Source: Utricularia gibba
Lineage: Eukaryota; Plantae; Magnoliophyta
Length of the DNA stretch: 64,000 bases
Assembly (NCBI GenBank): GCA_002189035.1
Contig: NEEC01000002.1
Span: 2,604,001 to 2,668,000, forward strand
Direction of reading: 5' to 3'
Shown here piece after piece: positions 14,353 through 28,997 of the stretch. A model generated the notes under the pieces. It was not told the DNA's origin. It saw nothing but the letters and a program-made list of their open reading frames with translations, and ran no database searches. The translations under genes were made by a program, and so were the position numbers. Positions within the stretch are counted from its first letter, which is position 1. Each line of letters opens with the position of its first letter.

Positions 14353-15378
14353 GGAGACGCTCCGCTCTCCTCCACCAAAACCACCAATGGCTGCTGCCGG
14401 CCACCCTCAATAGCGACGAAACCCTAAATCGCAGACGACAAATTTATTCAGCCCTCATCCCCGTGAGAAAAGGTGCCAGCGTGTCAAGCCACCACCCACC
14501 GATTTAAATCATATTTTATTATACAAAAAAACACCTTCATTTTTATCACACAAAATGAAAAATGATCCATTTTAGTTTATTTCATGAAGTAATTTTTTAA
14601 ATATTTTAATATTTAATAATTATCTCGTAAAATTAATAATTTAAATTCTCTAATTAAATTCATAAATTATTTAATTTATTAAATATTTGTATTTAATAAT
14701 TAAATAGTAGATTAAATTAAAAATTTTATTATTTATTGTTCATTTAATTTAAAAATATATTTATATAATGATATTAAATTATTATATAATTATATGATTT
14801 AATATATTAAATTTATAATACAATTTATTTTATTAAATTTTATATTATACTACAAAATAATTTCATAATATTAAATTAATTGTATTCACATAATATTAAA
14901 AATTATTATATTATAGATAATGTGAATCAAATATTATTAATAGATAAAAAAAGGAATTGAAAAATGATGGGGCACTTGTGTTTTAGAAGTGTACTTTATG
15001 TGGAAATTAATGCTCACATTTATGTACTTGGGGGAACACGCTACTGCGACACGTGTAGGGCAAAGATTGCCTGCAGCATTAATTTTGTTCTTCTTCGTCG
15101 GCAAATAAATAAATACGCCTGCGCCCCCTTCTATTGTCAACATCCGTTTGTTACCCCCTTTTTTGCTCACTAAACTAAGTAACTAACTCATTAATTTCTA
15201 TTCTCTTTTTTATTATTATTTTAATGCCTCCAATATTTGCCCATAATAAATAATAATAATATGTACCCAATTTGGAAGCAAAGATTTTGGCTTTTGGTTT
15301 TTAGTAAAAGGGACACGGGGGGCGTGTACGGGTGAAGGACGGGTACCCGCGTCGTACCGGATACGGGGTAGAAATTCT

Positions 15379-15400
15379 GGGGTACGGGGCGGGGAGGGGG
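15379..15400 (+). other. Four-tier G-quadruplex-forming motif
   Basis: GGGG-TAC-GGGG-C-GGGG-A-GGGGG, within an ACGGG-rich tract (15310-15400). Confidence 0.6.
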
Positions 15401-15948
15401 TGGATTTTATTTTGAAAATTAAAGGTGTTTTTTTTATTTAAAAAAATAAAAAGGAAAGTGGTAAAGGTGCCAGCCACCAGGTCCAGAGAAAGAGACGACG
15501 TTAAAACTGGAGTGGTGGGGGACTGGGGAAGCGTGCAGCGTGCATCTCATCCTCAGCGTCGCCATAACCGGCTCAACCCAAAGCTGCACGCGCAGACTTC
15601 GAAAGCCGCAAAACCCAAAGCAACAAGGAAACCGAAAAGCTCAGCTCTTTCGTGAATCCCTCGCCTTGGCCCATTACCTAGTTGCGGGTTTCTTTGTTTG
15701 CGGTACGGGAATGCATTTGTGTTTTTTCAGCAGTTTAAGGTCTTTTTGTGTGGCGCACATCTTCTTTTTTCTCTCTTTGAAGTGAAGTTTTGCTTGCTTT
15801 AGCGCTTTAAGTGGTTGGCTTTCTGCTGGGTTTCTTTTTTTCTTTTTGGGTTTGCGTTTGGTTGATATTTTTTTACTTGTTCAGAAGTGGTCGGCATTGT
15901 CGTTTTGGGGGAATTGGTTTTCTCAATTAGTGGGACAGAAAGGAAAGG

Positions 15949-17363
15949 ATGAATGAGAATCATCAACAAGAGATGGTGCACTACATGGACGGAGGGTATT
16001 CGTATCCCGTCACCGATTGTTTTGGACATTTTTTCGATGGTGTTTCTACTGCTGCGCCGTTGCCTTATTCTGACATGGCCCATATGAACCAGCAGGTCAT
16101 CTTCTTAATATTCCTTAATTGTGGTCAAGTTCATCCCTGAAACAATCCTTATACAACAAGATGGTGTTGATGTTATTTCAGGAATCTGCATATTGGTCAA
16201 TGCATATGAATTCATTTAGATATGGACCATCCACTACGGAGGATATGTATTGTGGTGTCTATGTGGGCGCTGGTCCTGCTCCTGTGATAGACTTCGGCAT
16301 GAGAGCTTGGGACTATTCTTTAGCTGCAACCGCCGAAGAACCTGTGACTGTGGATTTGCCAACTGAAGAAGAAAATGCTGCTTTTTCCGTCCATGCTATT
16401 CCCGAAGAGCGTAAGTTTTGTCCTTTTTTTGTTTGTTCACTGAAGAAAATGATGTTCTCACGAATCTGGTTCAGCACCTCTTGTTAACATATAGCTCTAT
16501 GGTTTGCTGAATATGCAGGCTCACTGAATGATCAAGATGCTGAGAGTGCTCAGGTTTGCATTCATTCAGCTCAACCGTTATCATCTGTTCTACCATGTTG
16601 CTATTATTGCTGATAAGCAGCACAGTTCAGCTGCAAAAAACCTGCGCTGCTCATACAACTGATGTTGCATTTTTTCTCTTTTGGATCTTAATGTAGATAT
16701 TACTACAAGACGACATTGATCCTGACAACATGACCTATGAGGTATGGATTTCCAGGGTCTCACACTGTCCATTCCAGAGACAAGTTCAGCACAAGAAAAG
16801 ATCCTTCTGTAGGAATTACCAAGTTGCTACTGAAAAGCTGTCTTTCTCATATCCAGGAATTGCTTGATCTTGGGGAGGCATTGGGAAGTGAAAGCCGAGG
16901 GCTTTCCAAGGAGCTTATCGACCTACTTCCTACTTCAAAACACAAGTCGGGTGGACTTTTCTCGAGGCGAAAATCCGGAGACAGGTGACATTCTGCAGAT
17001 GAGGTTCCAATTTCCCTTCCCTTTTGGTGCTAGCCTGCTGAAACCATGTGCATTCTAATCTTATCATCCTCCCTGGCCCCTTTAAGTGTTCTTCTTGTTT
17101 CTGCACCATATCTGAGCTGTGGATTCACCCCAGATGCGTGATCTGCCAAATGCGGTACAAACGAGGCGATCGGCTGATCAACTTGCCATGCAAGCACGCC
17201 TACCACACTGACTGCGGGTCGAAATGGCTCAGCATAAACAAGGTATGTCTCCCTCCGATCATGTAGCTCTCCGGCGATGGTTCTCTGACCAGCCTTCCGT
17301 CTTCCACCCCAGACATGCCCGGTCTGCAACACGGAGGTGTTTGGCGACGAATCAAGACAATGA
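15949..17363 (+). CDS. BB: RING-H2 E3 ubiquitin ligase, BIG BROTHER-like (7 coding exons)
   Basis: Exons about 15949-16095, 16181-16410, 16520-16553, 16697-16741, 16856-16984, 17134-17242, 17313-17363. Motifs QDDIDPDNMTYE/ELLDLGEALGSESRGLS and CVICQMRYKRGDRLINLPCKHAYHTDCGSKWLSINK/TCPVCNTEVFG. Confidence 0.92.
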
Positions 17364-17827
17364 TGATGAGGAGGTCAGCAGCTGATACTGGTGAATGGGG
17401 CCTGTCAATTCTTTTGTTACGACACTACACGGTAGAGAAGAAGGTGTGCCTGCCTGCGCGTGCATGCGTCCGTACTCGTCTGCCACAGTCCGGAAATCTT
17501 CTCATATATAAAAACCCACTGAAATCCATTCTTTTTTTCTTTCACCAGAGCAGCCCATTTGCTCTTCTCTGTGTATGCCTTCCCTTTTGACCTCTTCTAT
17601 GGAAGCTTTACGTTATAAAAACTCAGGAGTGTCTATGTACCTTTACGTTATAATTTTTATTCTTTTAATTGTTTAAAATTAATTACACTAATTTAAATTT
17701 ATAATATTAATAACAGAATTTCATGTTTTACAGATTTTTTGTAATTGGCCCCACTGGTCCAAGTGCGATTCCACAACTAATTAAAGCTAGGGTTCCAAAA
17801 GCGAAATTTCAGAAATATTCTTTCGGC

Positions 17828-18470
17828 AAAATCCAAAATAATAAAAAAAACGTCCAAAATTTGTATAAGATTTGAAAATATCTCATATAAATTTCAGAAG
17901 ATATCTTTTATTTAATTAAAATATGATATTATGTGTTTTAAATATCTAATTATTATAATTTTACGTTATTCTTTTTTAAAAAATGTTATAAAATATTAAA
18001 ATAATCATTTATTTAAACACATATACTTCTTCATCTATAATCAATATGATATATTAAAATTATATCTCTAATCTTATATTTTACTAGATACAAGTCTTCA
18101 TCATCATGATATACTTTTTCTAAAAAAACGACATTTGATATAAAATTATTAAAGTTCATCTATTTAAACATGCATCTTCTCTGTGGGAAAAATCCAAAAT
18201 AATAAAAGAACCGTCCTAATTTTATACTGGATTTGAAAAAATGCATCATAAAAAAATTAAACTGATATCTTTATTTAAATAGATAAAGTATGATATTGTT
18301 TATTTTGAATATTCGATCATCATGATTATATATTTTATTCTTTTAAATAAAAAAACTTCATGTAGAATTAAAAATGTCTATCTATTTAATACGTTATCTT
18401 TCTTCATCCAATTAATATGGTATACTATCATTATGTCTCCCGTCTAACACTTTACAAGACTATTACTATA
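17828..18470 (+). repeat. Degenerate tandem duplication, unit about 360 bp, AT-rich
   Basis: AAAATCCAAAATAATAAAA..CGTCC..GATTTGAAAA..GATATCTTT..TATGATATT..TTCTTCATC recurs starting at 17828 and 18188. Confidence 0.7.
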
Positions 18471-19807
18471 TCTTGCTTTTGATTAATATACTTAATTAAA
18501 TTATCCCATTACCATCTATCCAAAGAAATACATTCGAGTTGTCCTCAAGGTGTATCCATGTCGGTGGAACTTCGTATTGGATTCGATTCACTTTAAATTC
18601 ATAATTTTTTTGTGTATGTATTCAATATTTTTATAATAAAATTGAAATTTATAAATATTAAATTAGGAATAAATCGAAAGGAATATTAAAAGAGTGGCCC
18701 AATCCACTTTCTCACGGTGACAAGATGATGGGTATTCTGGATACGCCTGCCAGTGAATTAAACACCCACCAAAGTTTCCTGTTTGAGCAGCCACCAGGAG
18801 CCCCTTTTGAGCAGCCAACATTGTAAATTCATCACCTTTGAATCAGCAACACGCCTGGGTGATCGAGGGGCCTCCTCGCGTTGCTATCAGAAGCATCCGT
18901 GATGAGGAAGGGCACCCACCCGCAATGGGACCGGACCCTCTGCTGCTGCTGCTCCTGCTGCTTCTGCTTTATATCCACTTCCCTCTTTTTCTTTAACGCC
19001 AACCAAATTAGTGACCCACGGTCCACGCTATGCTACTCACTCACATGGCTCAAGAACCCGCAGGGTCTTTTCCGGAACATAATCTCCGTCTTCTGGTTCT
19101 TTCGAAGAAATTTGATCTTCAAGTGAAATTCGGTGTTGATGATCTTGGGGTGGAGTGAGTTTCGATTTTCTGGGTGTCTAGGATACACATTTTTCTTCAA
19201 TGTTTCAATGCCAAATGCAGATGATGAGCAAGAGTGGATTTGTTGCTAGTTTCTTGGAAGCTGAGCTCCTTCATGTGGGCTATCAATTTGAGGGGAGCAG
19301 ATCAGATCAACTCGAATGTGAAATCGGAATGAAACTGGTAAAAAAATCTCAGTATCTGTACAAATGGGCAGGCGGATCCAGCGATGATCACAGTTTGTGA
19401 TGATTAGACATCCAGACATGGTCATGTCCGTAACATCATCCTAGTCCCAGTATTGATAGATGTGGACATGGTGAAAGTAACTGTCTGTGAATCTTACAAA
19501 GGAGCACATGGGGAGCAAATGAATGGGCAAACCAGAAAGGGAAGAAGAGAAGGCAAGTGGCGGGCCCAAGGACACCAAACCCACCATCGCTATGGTGGTT
19601 GTGGGTGTTCTTCATGAGTCTCCATCATCTACGGGCATCCGCGTCAAATGGAACCTTCAATTTCCTTCGCTTTTTCTTGTTGATAAATGCACTGCGTCTT
19701 TTCCGTTTTCTTGTTCTTTCTTTCACTTCATTGGGGTCTCCCCTTTTTTCGTGGACTGGTTTGGAGTCGATTTGTTGCAAAGATTGTGTTCTTTTGGGTG
19801 GGTATCC

Positions 19808-20665
19808 ATGGCCGACTGCAAGAAGCAAGGAAGGGATTTCCCAGAGAAAACCCACATCGGGAATCTAGAGATGGGTACCCCTTTGAATTTGGATGTCGCT
19901 CTGCCGATCGATGCTGCTTTCACCAACCCGATTTTCGAGCTCTGTAATGCTCCGTTTTTTCGGCGAGGAGGCCCATTGAAGAATCTCTACAGCTCCCCAT
20001 TTGGGTCCATGGTCGCTGCAGGGAATACTTTGAAGGGGAAAGTATGGAAAATATGCTCACTTTTTGAAGCTGCGAAAGTAACCACGAATGCTCCTGATTC
20101 GCAACAGCCCTCTTCGTCGATATCAAAATCATTGTTAGCGGCGCCACCGGAGACATCTATTTTGATGCACAAAAGCATCCCTCTTCCGCTCCCCGATCTG
20201 ATCAGGCTGCCGGGAACTGAGGACAGGGTTGTTATTTACTTCACCAGTCTCAGAGGGGTAAGGAAAACATTTCAGGATTGTCATAGCACTCGCATGATCT
20301 TTCATGGCCTGCGAGTGAACCTTGATGAAAGGGACCTATCAATGGACGTTGGGTACAGAAAAGAATTGCAGAGGGTGTTAGGGGAAAGGAACTTAACATT
20401 GCCTCATGTTTTCGTAAAGGGCATCCACATTGGTGGGGCTGAAGTAATCAGGCAAATGCTTGAGAATGGTGAGCTTGTGAAGCTGATCAAAGGCTTGCCC
20501 TTAAGCGCAGCAAAGCCCTGCGAAGCTTGCAATGATGTGAGATTCATTCCTTGCACGAATTGTGATGGTAGTCGTAAAGTGTATGATGAAGATGAGCAAC
20601 TGCCAAAGAGATGCTGTGAATGCAATGAGAACGGCCTGGTTAGGTGCCCTCTTTGCTGCTCCTAG
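19808..20665 (+). CDS. Glutaredoxin-domain protein with C-terminal Cys-rich Zn finger (GRX-like, no CxxC active site)
   Basis: RVVIYFTSLRGVRKTFQDC..DERDLSMD..LPHVFVKGIHIGGAE followed by CEACNDVRFIPCTNCDGSRKV..KRCCECNENGLVRCPLC. An in-frame upstream ATG at 19523 runs through T-rich UTR-like sequence and is probably not used. Confidence 0.88.
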   Translation: MADCKKQGRDFPEKTHIGNLEMGTPLNLDVALPIDAAFTNPIFELCNAPFFRRGGPLKNLYSSPFGSMVAAGNTLKGKVWKICSLFEAAKVTTNAPDSQQPSSSISKSLLAAPPETSILMHKSIPLPLPDLIRLPGTEDRVVIYFTSLRGVRKTFQDCHSTRMIFHGLRVNLDERDLSMDVGYRKELQRVLGERNLTLPHVFVKGIHIGGAEVIRQMLENGELVKLIKGLPLSAAKPCEACNDVRFIPCTNCDGSRKVYDEDEQLPKRCCECNENGLVRCPLCCS

Positions 20666-20992
20666 GAGGCGGAATCGACTGCCATTACAAAATAGCAGCA
20701 TTCTCAGAAGATGCGTAGCATGTAATATGTATCTTATCCTATTCTGCAACTGTTATTCTATCCTCTGCAACAGTGAAGTAAGTAGATATGTGTATAAGTG
20801 TCAAGCATTCTTGTGAATTTAGGTGGTTGCCTGTGTTTGATGTAGTGGACAGGCTGTGGAAATTTGAACTTCTGGTGCTAATGAATTGGAATTTGACTCT
20901 GTGCTGTTGCATTGTGATCATTCGCTGCTTGTTCGATGAAGAATGGATGTGTTGTTGTTTCAAACAAAGTGGGATATGTAAAGATTTTCCAT

Positions 20993-22099
20993 TTATTTCT
21001 GATAGATGAAACTCAGGGTGTTTGTAGCCGCCGTGTATCCGCCGTCGATGACCAGATTGTGGGCGGTGATGAACCTCGCTTCCTCACTAGCCAGAAACAC
21101 CACCGCATTGGCAACGTCCTCAGGGGTCGGGACCCTGCCATGGAGGAGGCTCCCCTTCTCTCCGGCCACTTTCATGATATCTTCCGCTTGCAGATTCGGA
21201 TTCCCGAGGACCATTCTGCTAGCATTGATCATCATTTCCGACGCCACTCCGTGGGGAGATATGCAATTCACACGAATCCCGTACAATCCGAGCTCGCACG
21301 CGGCGGTTCTCCCCACCCCGAGAATGGCCGCTTTTGACATCGTGTAAGGGTGTGCGGCGAGGCCGCCCACTATCGCTGCAGTGCTGGATGAGCATATGAT
21401 ACTTCCGGCGACTTTGCCGGCGATCATGGCTCGGGAAGCGTGTTTTATTCCGTATAACACCCCGTTCAAGTTGACGGCAAGGAGCGCCGTGAGATCCTCT
21501 GTTTCCAGGTTTCTGATGCTACCAACGGATCCTCCGACGCCGGCGTTGTTGAACATGATGTCTAGACGGCCTTTCCACGCGACCGCGAGCCCAACCGCGC
21601 GTTCCACGTCCCCTTCAACCGATACATCACAGTGGATGTAGCGGCCACCTATTTTCGCAGCCAAGTCTGAACCGCCTTCATCAAGTACGTCCGCGATCAC
21701 CACATGTGCCCCGTTCCCGGCGAACGCTTTCGCTGTGGCTGCACCGATCCCCCGTGCGCCACCTGTGATCACGGCCACCTTGTCTGGCAACCTTCACCCC
21801 CACAAAAACGAAAAGAAGGAAAACCCCATAAGAACCATTACGAATGAACTACCCATCCATTTCTACGTTTACAAAGAGAAATTAGCGATGAAACCACCTT
21901 TTTCCAAGGAATAAACCACTGGATCCGTCGCCGGCGCCGCCGTCGGAATCCATTGGAATCCGCTTCATCCACTAGATGAATACTCATGCGCACTGATTTA
22001 TATGCAAATACAATCAAGCCTCCCCTGTTTCCCCTTTCGCCCATCAATTTTTCTTCACACACTCGTCATTGCCAAACTAATCCTCAACTGAACATCCAT
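20993..22099 (-). CDS. Short-chain dehydrogenase/reductase (SDR110C; ABA2/TS2/SDR2a-like), 2 exons
   Basis: TGGARGIG, NNAG and YTMSK motifs in 20993-21791. Probable short exon 1 MDVQLRISLAMT at 22062-22099; its donor seems one G short. Confidence 0.92.
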
Positions 22100-24536
22100 T
22101 TCCGGCAGCACGTTCCCACTTGGAACCAATGAACACAGAGACAGGTTATAAAATTAATATAAGATTAGAATTGTTTTTTTTTTTTCATAAATGATGATTA
22201 CAAAATTTATTCATATTTAAAAATAAAAAACAAGAAATATATGTTTATAATCAAATGATATATTTACTTATATTTATAAATTAGAAAATCATTTATAGGA
22301 TAAATATATAAATTATAGTTTAGATTATTATATTAATTTAAATAGATTTACATTAAAATTCTAATTCTAATTTACTTAAAAAGATCAATAATTGAAATTA
22401 TTTATAAAAAATATGAATATAGTTATAAATTTATATTTCATTTTGAATAGTTAGAAGCTATACTTTCAAGCTTCTTTAGAAATGGACCCATTTGATTTTA
22501 TTAAAATAAGAATTCACTTTCAAAGCCTGTGCATGTTGGGCCGGCTTATGGGGCTTGGACGACCCGAGCCCATCTTCATTTATAAACTAAAAGCCAGCCC
22601 AGTCTAATATTGAATTTCTGCGGACCGAAAGCTACAGCCTACAAAAAAGATTTCAGTTCACTTGAGCTACGAGGGGTAAGGCATCCGTTGAAATGAAGAA
22701 TTAAATAGAAAATATTAGATTTAACCAATGACTAGTAATGGATAATTTTTTATTATGTATTTGATTATTATTTTAATTTCAAGTCAATATATGAAATTGT
22801 TTATTCTAATAAAATATGGTGTAATAGGATGAGGTTTGGGGCACAATAAATAAATAAATGGATGAGACACGACAGCATCGGGCCAACCATCACGCCCTTC
22901 ATGTGATGGAAGTAAATACCCAACCCAACTTGCTCCGGCTGCTGCTGATGCTCGTGATGACGTATTTTTTTGGCCACGTTGGCAATCTAAGCCTATGCAA
23001 CATAATTGTTTGCAAAATAGACTCATTTGGTAATTCTTTATGAAATAGCCCTGTGTTTCTTTAAAATAATTATATTTATTAATTATTCATTTTAATTTAA
23101 TATTTTAATAAATATAATCTATAAATATAATTATTTTTAATTGATTAAAACCATATTTTAAAATATAACTTTTTATTAAAAAAATAATTTAACAAACAAA
23201 ATTATACTACATTTTAATATAATTAATTGCATTAATACGGGTGCCCTCTATGCATACAGGTATAGATTATACATAAACGGCGCTTGTATCATATATAAAA
23301 CAGTATATGAGTATAATTTATACATAAACTACGTGTGTATTATATCATAGTAGTTATAATCAAAATATATTTTTTTCATTTATAAAATTACTTGATGATC
23401 ACAGTTATGAATATGTTTATAGACGTTGAATATAAATGAGTAATGTTCTTAGCTTAATTGATCATATATTTTTGTTTAAATTTATTGATCATGGGTTAGA
23501 TTCTTGTTAATTATAATTTTTTAAAAAAATATATTTGAAAATAGTATTCAGAAATTAAAAAATGATTGTAAGAGTGAAAATATTTTTAATTTTTATATAT
23601 TTGTATTTTTTTGAATATAATTAATTATTGTTATTGTTTGAAATATTTATTGTTATTACTTTAGATTGTTTAATAAAAATTGGACTATTTAACAAACAAT
23701 TACGCAAGAGAAGACTAGCTTGCTAATAACTATGAAAGAGGGTTATTTCACTAATAAAATTTTAAAACTATACTATTTTGCTAAAAAGCCCGCATTTTTC
23801 ATTAAAGTTCACAATGTGCCGAAGCAACCTAACATTTCCCAAGTTTTGGATTTTGATTTTATGTCCAAAATGGTGAAATTATTGCAATGTCTTTTAACCT
23901 AGGAAACTATTTTTCATTTTTGTTATATTTATAAAAGAAAATGAAGCATATGTATGATGCTTATGTTTTAAACTCGGTCAATTAATCGACAAGTTGAACT
24001 GGTCAATCAATTTTCCATAACATACCGACTAACCAAATGTATGATTATGACATAAACATTTTTTTAATATAAAAAATAATAAAAATGTATGACTTGTAGT
24101 TAATTTGATTTTTTTTAATAATAATAAAGTGAAAAACATCTATCTTTGTATTTTTATTATAGAAATGTATAATATGTTCTTAAAAGTTAATTTTTTATTT
24201 CTATTATTAATATTTGATGTTGATAATTAATACTTTAATAATATTTAATATCATGTTTAAAAAATTGTAATGTTTTTTTTTAATTAATTTCGGATTTGAC
24301 CGTCAAATCCGAGTTTTGAACCGAGCCAGGTCCGGATCGGGTTTTAAATTCCGAGTTGAAAATGAAAACAAACGTGGATACATTATTAAAAGTGAATGAT
24401 GGGTTGAGTTCGTTGGGCGTATGGTTTCGTGTCGTGTGCGAAAGATGAAATTTTCCGAGGGCTTTTTTTTATTTCAGATTGTGTGGCGTTCGCTCCTTGT
24501 ACGTGTAATGACGACGAAATCTTGATAGGGACGGGT

Positions 24537-24639
24537 GTGGGCCCCAATCCCTGTACAAAATGACTCTTGGCGTGTGCCCGAAGCCGCTCAGCCTCGCCGA
24601 CGTCTTCTTGCCGCGGGCGCGTGTCGGGGTGTGGGGCCC
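24537..24639. promoter_or_regulatory. TCP-binding-like sites in a GC-rich patch upstream of CKX
   Basis: GTGGGCCC at 24537-24544 and GTGGGGCCC at 24631-24639. Confidence 0.3.
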
Positions 24640-25860
24640 ATCGCCATCTGGTGGGATGGAGTGGAGCCCACCCCAGTACGTGGAACTCTGTGTTCCACAA
24701 CTGCTCCCTTTCTCAAACCATTAAAATATACCAGGACTTTGAAAAAAAAACATAAAATTCAAAAATCTAAGAGGATTTTTTTATAATTTTTGATTAATAT
24801 CTCCCACCGACTCTATTGAATGGGTCAAAACTCGCACGCTGACCCAGACCCGGTTGAGGATGGGGCAGGTGGGTAGTTGACACGTGGCATGGCTTCGGAT
24901 TTGGATATAGACATGTTTGATTTCTTAGATTTGACAAATTCAAAGAAGCTAAATCCATTGAATGTGTATCTCATTGTACACCCCAACCTCATCCTTCATT
25001 GGATTGCGACTTTGTTAGGAAAGCACTCCCGTCTCTTTCTTTCCTTTTCTTTTGTTTCTCAAAGACCAGTAAAATACAAAAAAGAGGGAGGAAAGTTCCT
25101 GTGTGTGTTGCTGTTCCAACTTCCAATTTTATGGGATGCCCCTGTCTCTGGGGAGGGACCCTCCTTTCCCAGTCACCTGCTGCTGCTTCTCTTCAACCAT
25201 CTTCTACTCCTCAGTTCAGTGCATGTTCCGGTCAAAACCTGCATTGAAGTCGAGGGAAGGATCATGAGGACAGAATGTTGTAGATAGAACATGATTGCTT
25301 CCTGCTCTTTCATATGCCTGCATACAACTCCAAACCAACTGTATTTATGGCAAACTGTTTGACAAACTGAACAAGAAGGCCGATGACATTGAAAGTAACT
25401 TGTCTTGCAGGATGGGACCAGGGACCTTAAAGATGGTTAGCAGCACAGGAACAAACTCATCCTCAGTTAAAATCATGGAATGGATAGTATCTGTGATGAA
25501 GGGATTGAGATCAGGATTGTGTTTTTTGAGAGGTGATCTGAGGAGACTTTTGTCCTTTTTCTGGAATGGGTAGCAAATGTGGGTGACGAAAGACGGCAAG
25601 TAGATCTATGGAAATCTTGTCAATGTAGGGACACTTGTTATCTAAATGTTTCTCCTGCAACTGGGAAATCTCAACATGAAGTAAAAAAAAGATAATATGC
25701 TCAATATAATATATGTGCAATCATGCAAATTGACTGTTTCCAGGCGAATATGCGGGTTTGACTGTGTGGATTCTACTACCCAAAAGCTCTGCTTAAATGC
25801 TAGTCACCTCCCAAGACATGTGCAGAAAGTCTTGCATTCTTCTTCCGCCCCAGAAACACC

Positions 25861-27761
<1,901 letters not shown>

Positions 27762-28489
27762 TGGAACGGCTTGGATAAAGAATAGGCCATTGCAACATCA
27801 GATAACAAAAAGGGTTTAAACACCCCATTGATCTTTCATCAACTAAAGTAGTTCCTGCATCACTTTATGTAAACAACAATATTCAGCTACTGGGAAAAGA
27901 AAAAATACCGAACATATATAACATTGCACATCAATCCACACCTTTCAATATTCATCAACACAGAATACAAAATGCTGTTTCAGTATGTCATCCCCCAAAA
28001 TAATCTTTTCACAAATACAAATGGCTGCTTCGATATGCAACATGTAGTATGAATACATTCAACATTATCAATTAAACAAAGCTGAAAATGTGTCAAATCA
28101 ACTACCTTTTCCTTGACCATGCTGACTCTGGCACAGGTTTCCTGCTGCTTGTCTTTGACGGAAAAACATTTTTCATTGACACTGATCGCCATTGGAGCCA
28201 TCATCCTCCCTCTAATCCCTCAACCCTAATCTTCGTTTAGCTCAGCATTGCATTCTTTCAAACTTCCTTCTGGTTTTCTTCTGCGAAGCCTCGTCCCCAT
28301 CGCTACCCTCACCTGATTTCTTCACATAATCTGCCAGTTTTCTCTTCTTATTACTCGGGTTCGCTCCCTCTTCTGACCCCCTGCTTAAGAAACCCGGGTG
28401 ACCGGGCTCGTATCCTCGTACAGCTGGGTTTGGATACAAATTTTGATTTTGCTTCTTTATTATAATATAAAAAATATAATAGTTGTAAT

Positions 28490-28570
28490 TATATATATAT
28501 ATATATATTATTTTATCAGTGTTTGGATAATATTATATATACATATATAATATATATATATATATATCAT
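28490..28570. repeat. (TA)n microsatellite tracts
   Basis: Runs of tatatata at about 28490-28508 and 28545-28567. Confidence 0.8.
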
Positions 28571-28997
28571 TTTTAAAATTAATTTTAAATTATATATATA
28601 TAATTATTTATTTTACAATACCTCGTACAAGTTTTAATACATTTTAAAATATTAAAAAAATAAGTATTTAAATTTAATATTATTAAATATCATAATTTTC
28701 TTAATTTTTTATAAAAAATATCAAATAAACCCTAAAAAAGTATAATTTCGGATTGAAAATAATCTTATCCCGAATTTTAAAATATTATATATTATTATCA
28801 TATTCAATGGACAAGCTTCAACAATCTTAGTACAAATATACATACAATATCGAAACGAATGGCAAAAGAGTATTTTAAACCATAACATCTTACAGGACAG
28901 CATGGGTTAATACTCAAGCGATGAGAAACTGAAGAGTAGCCACAACATCAAGATGAATCCTCTTCCTCTTCATCTTCCTCCCCTGTCTGCTGCTGAT

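Noticed and set aside
19255-19300. GAGCTCCTTCA small hairpin resembling a miR159/319 star arm
   Set aside because: No mature TTGGA(C/T)TGAAGGGAGCTC arm is present and the stem is too short.
23965-24347. Possible hAT-type MITE (GTTTTAAACTCGG ... CCGGATCGGGTTTTAAA)
   Set aside because: The inverted ends are too degenerate and I found no 8-bp TSD.
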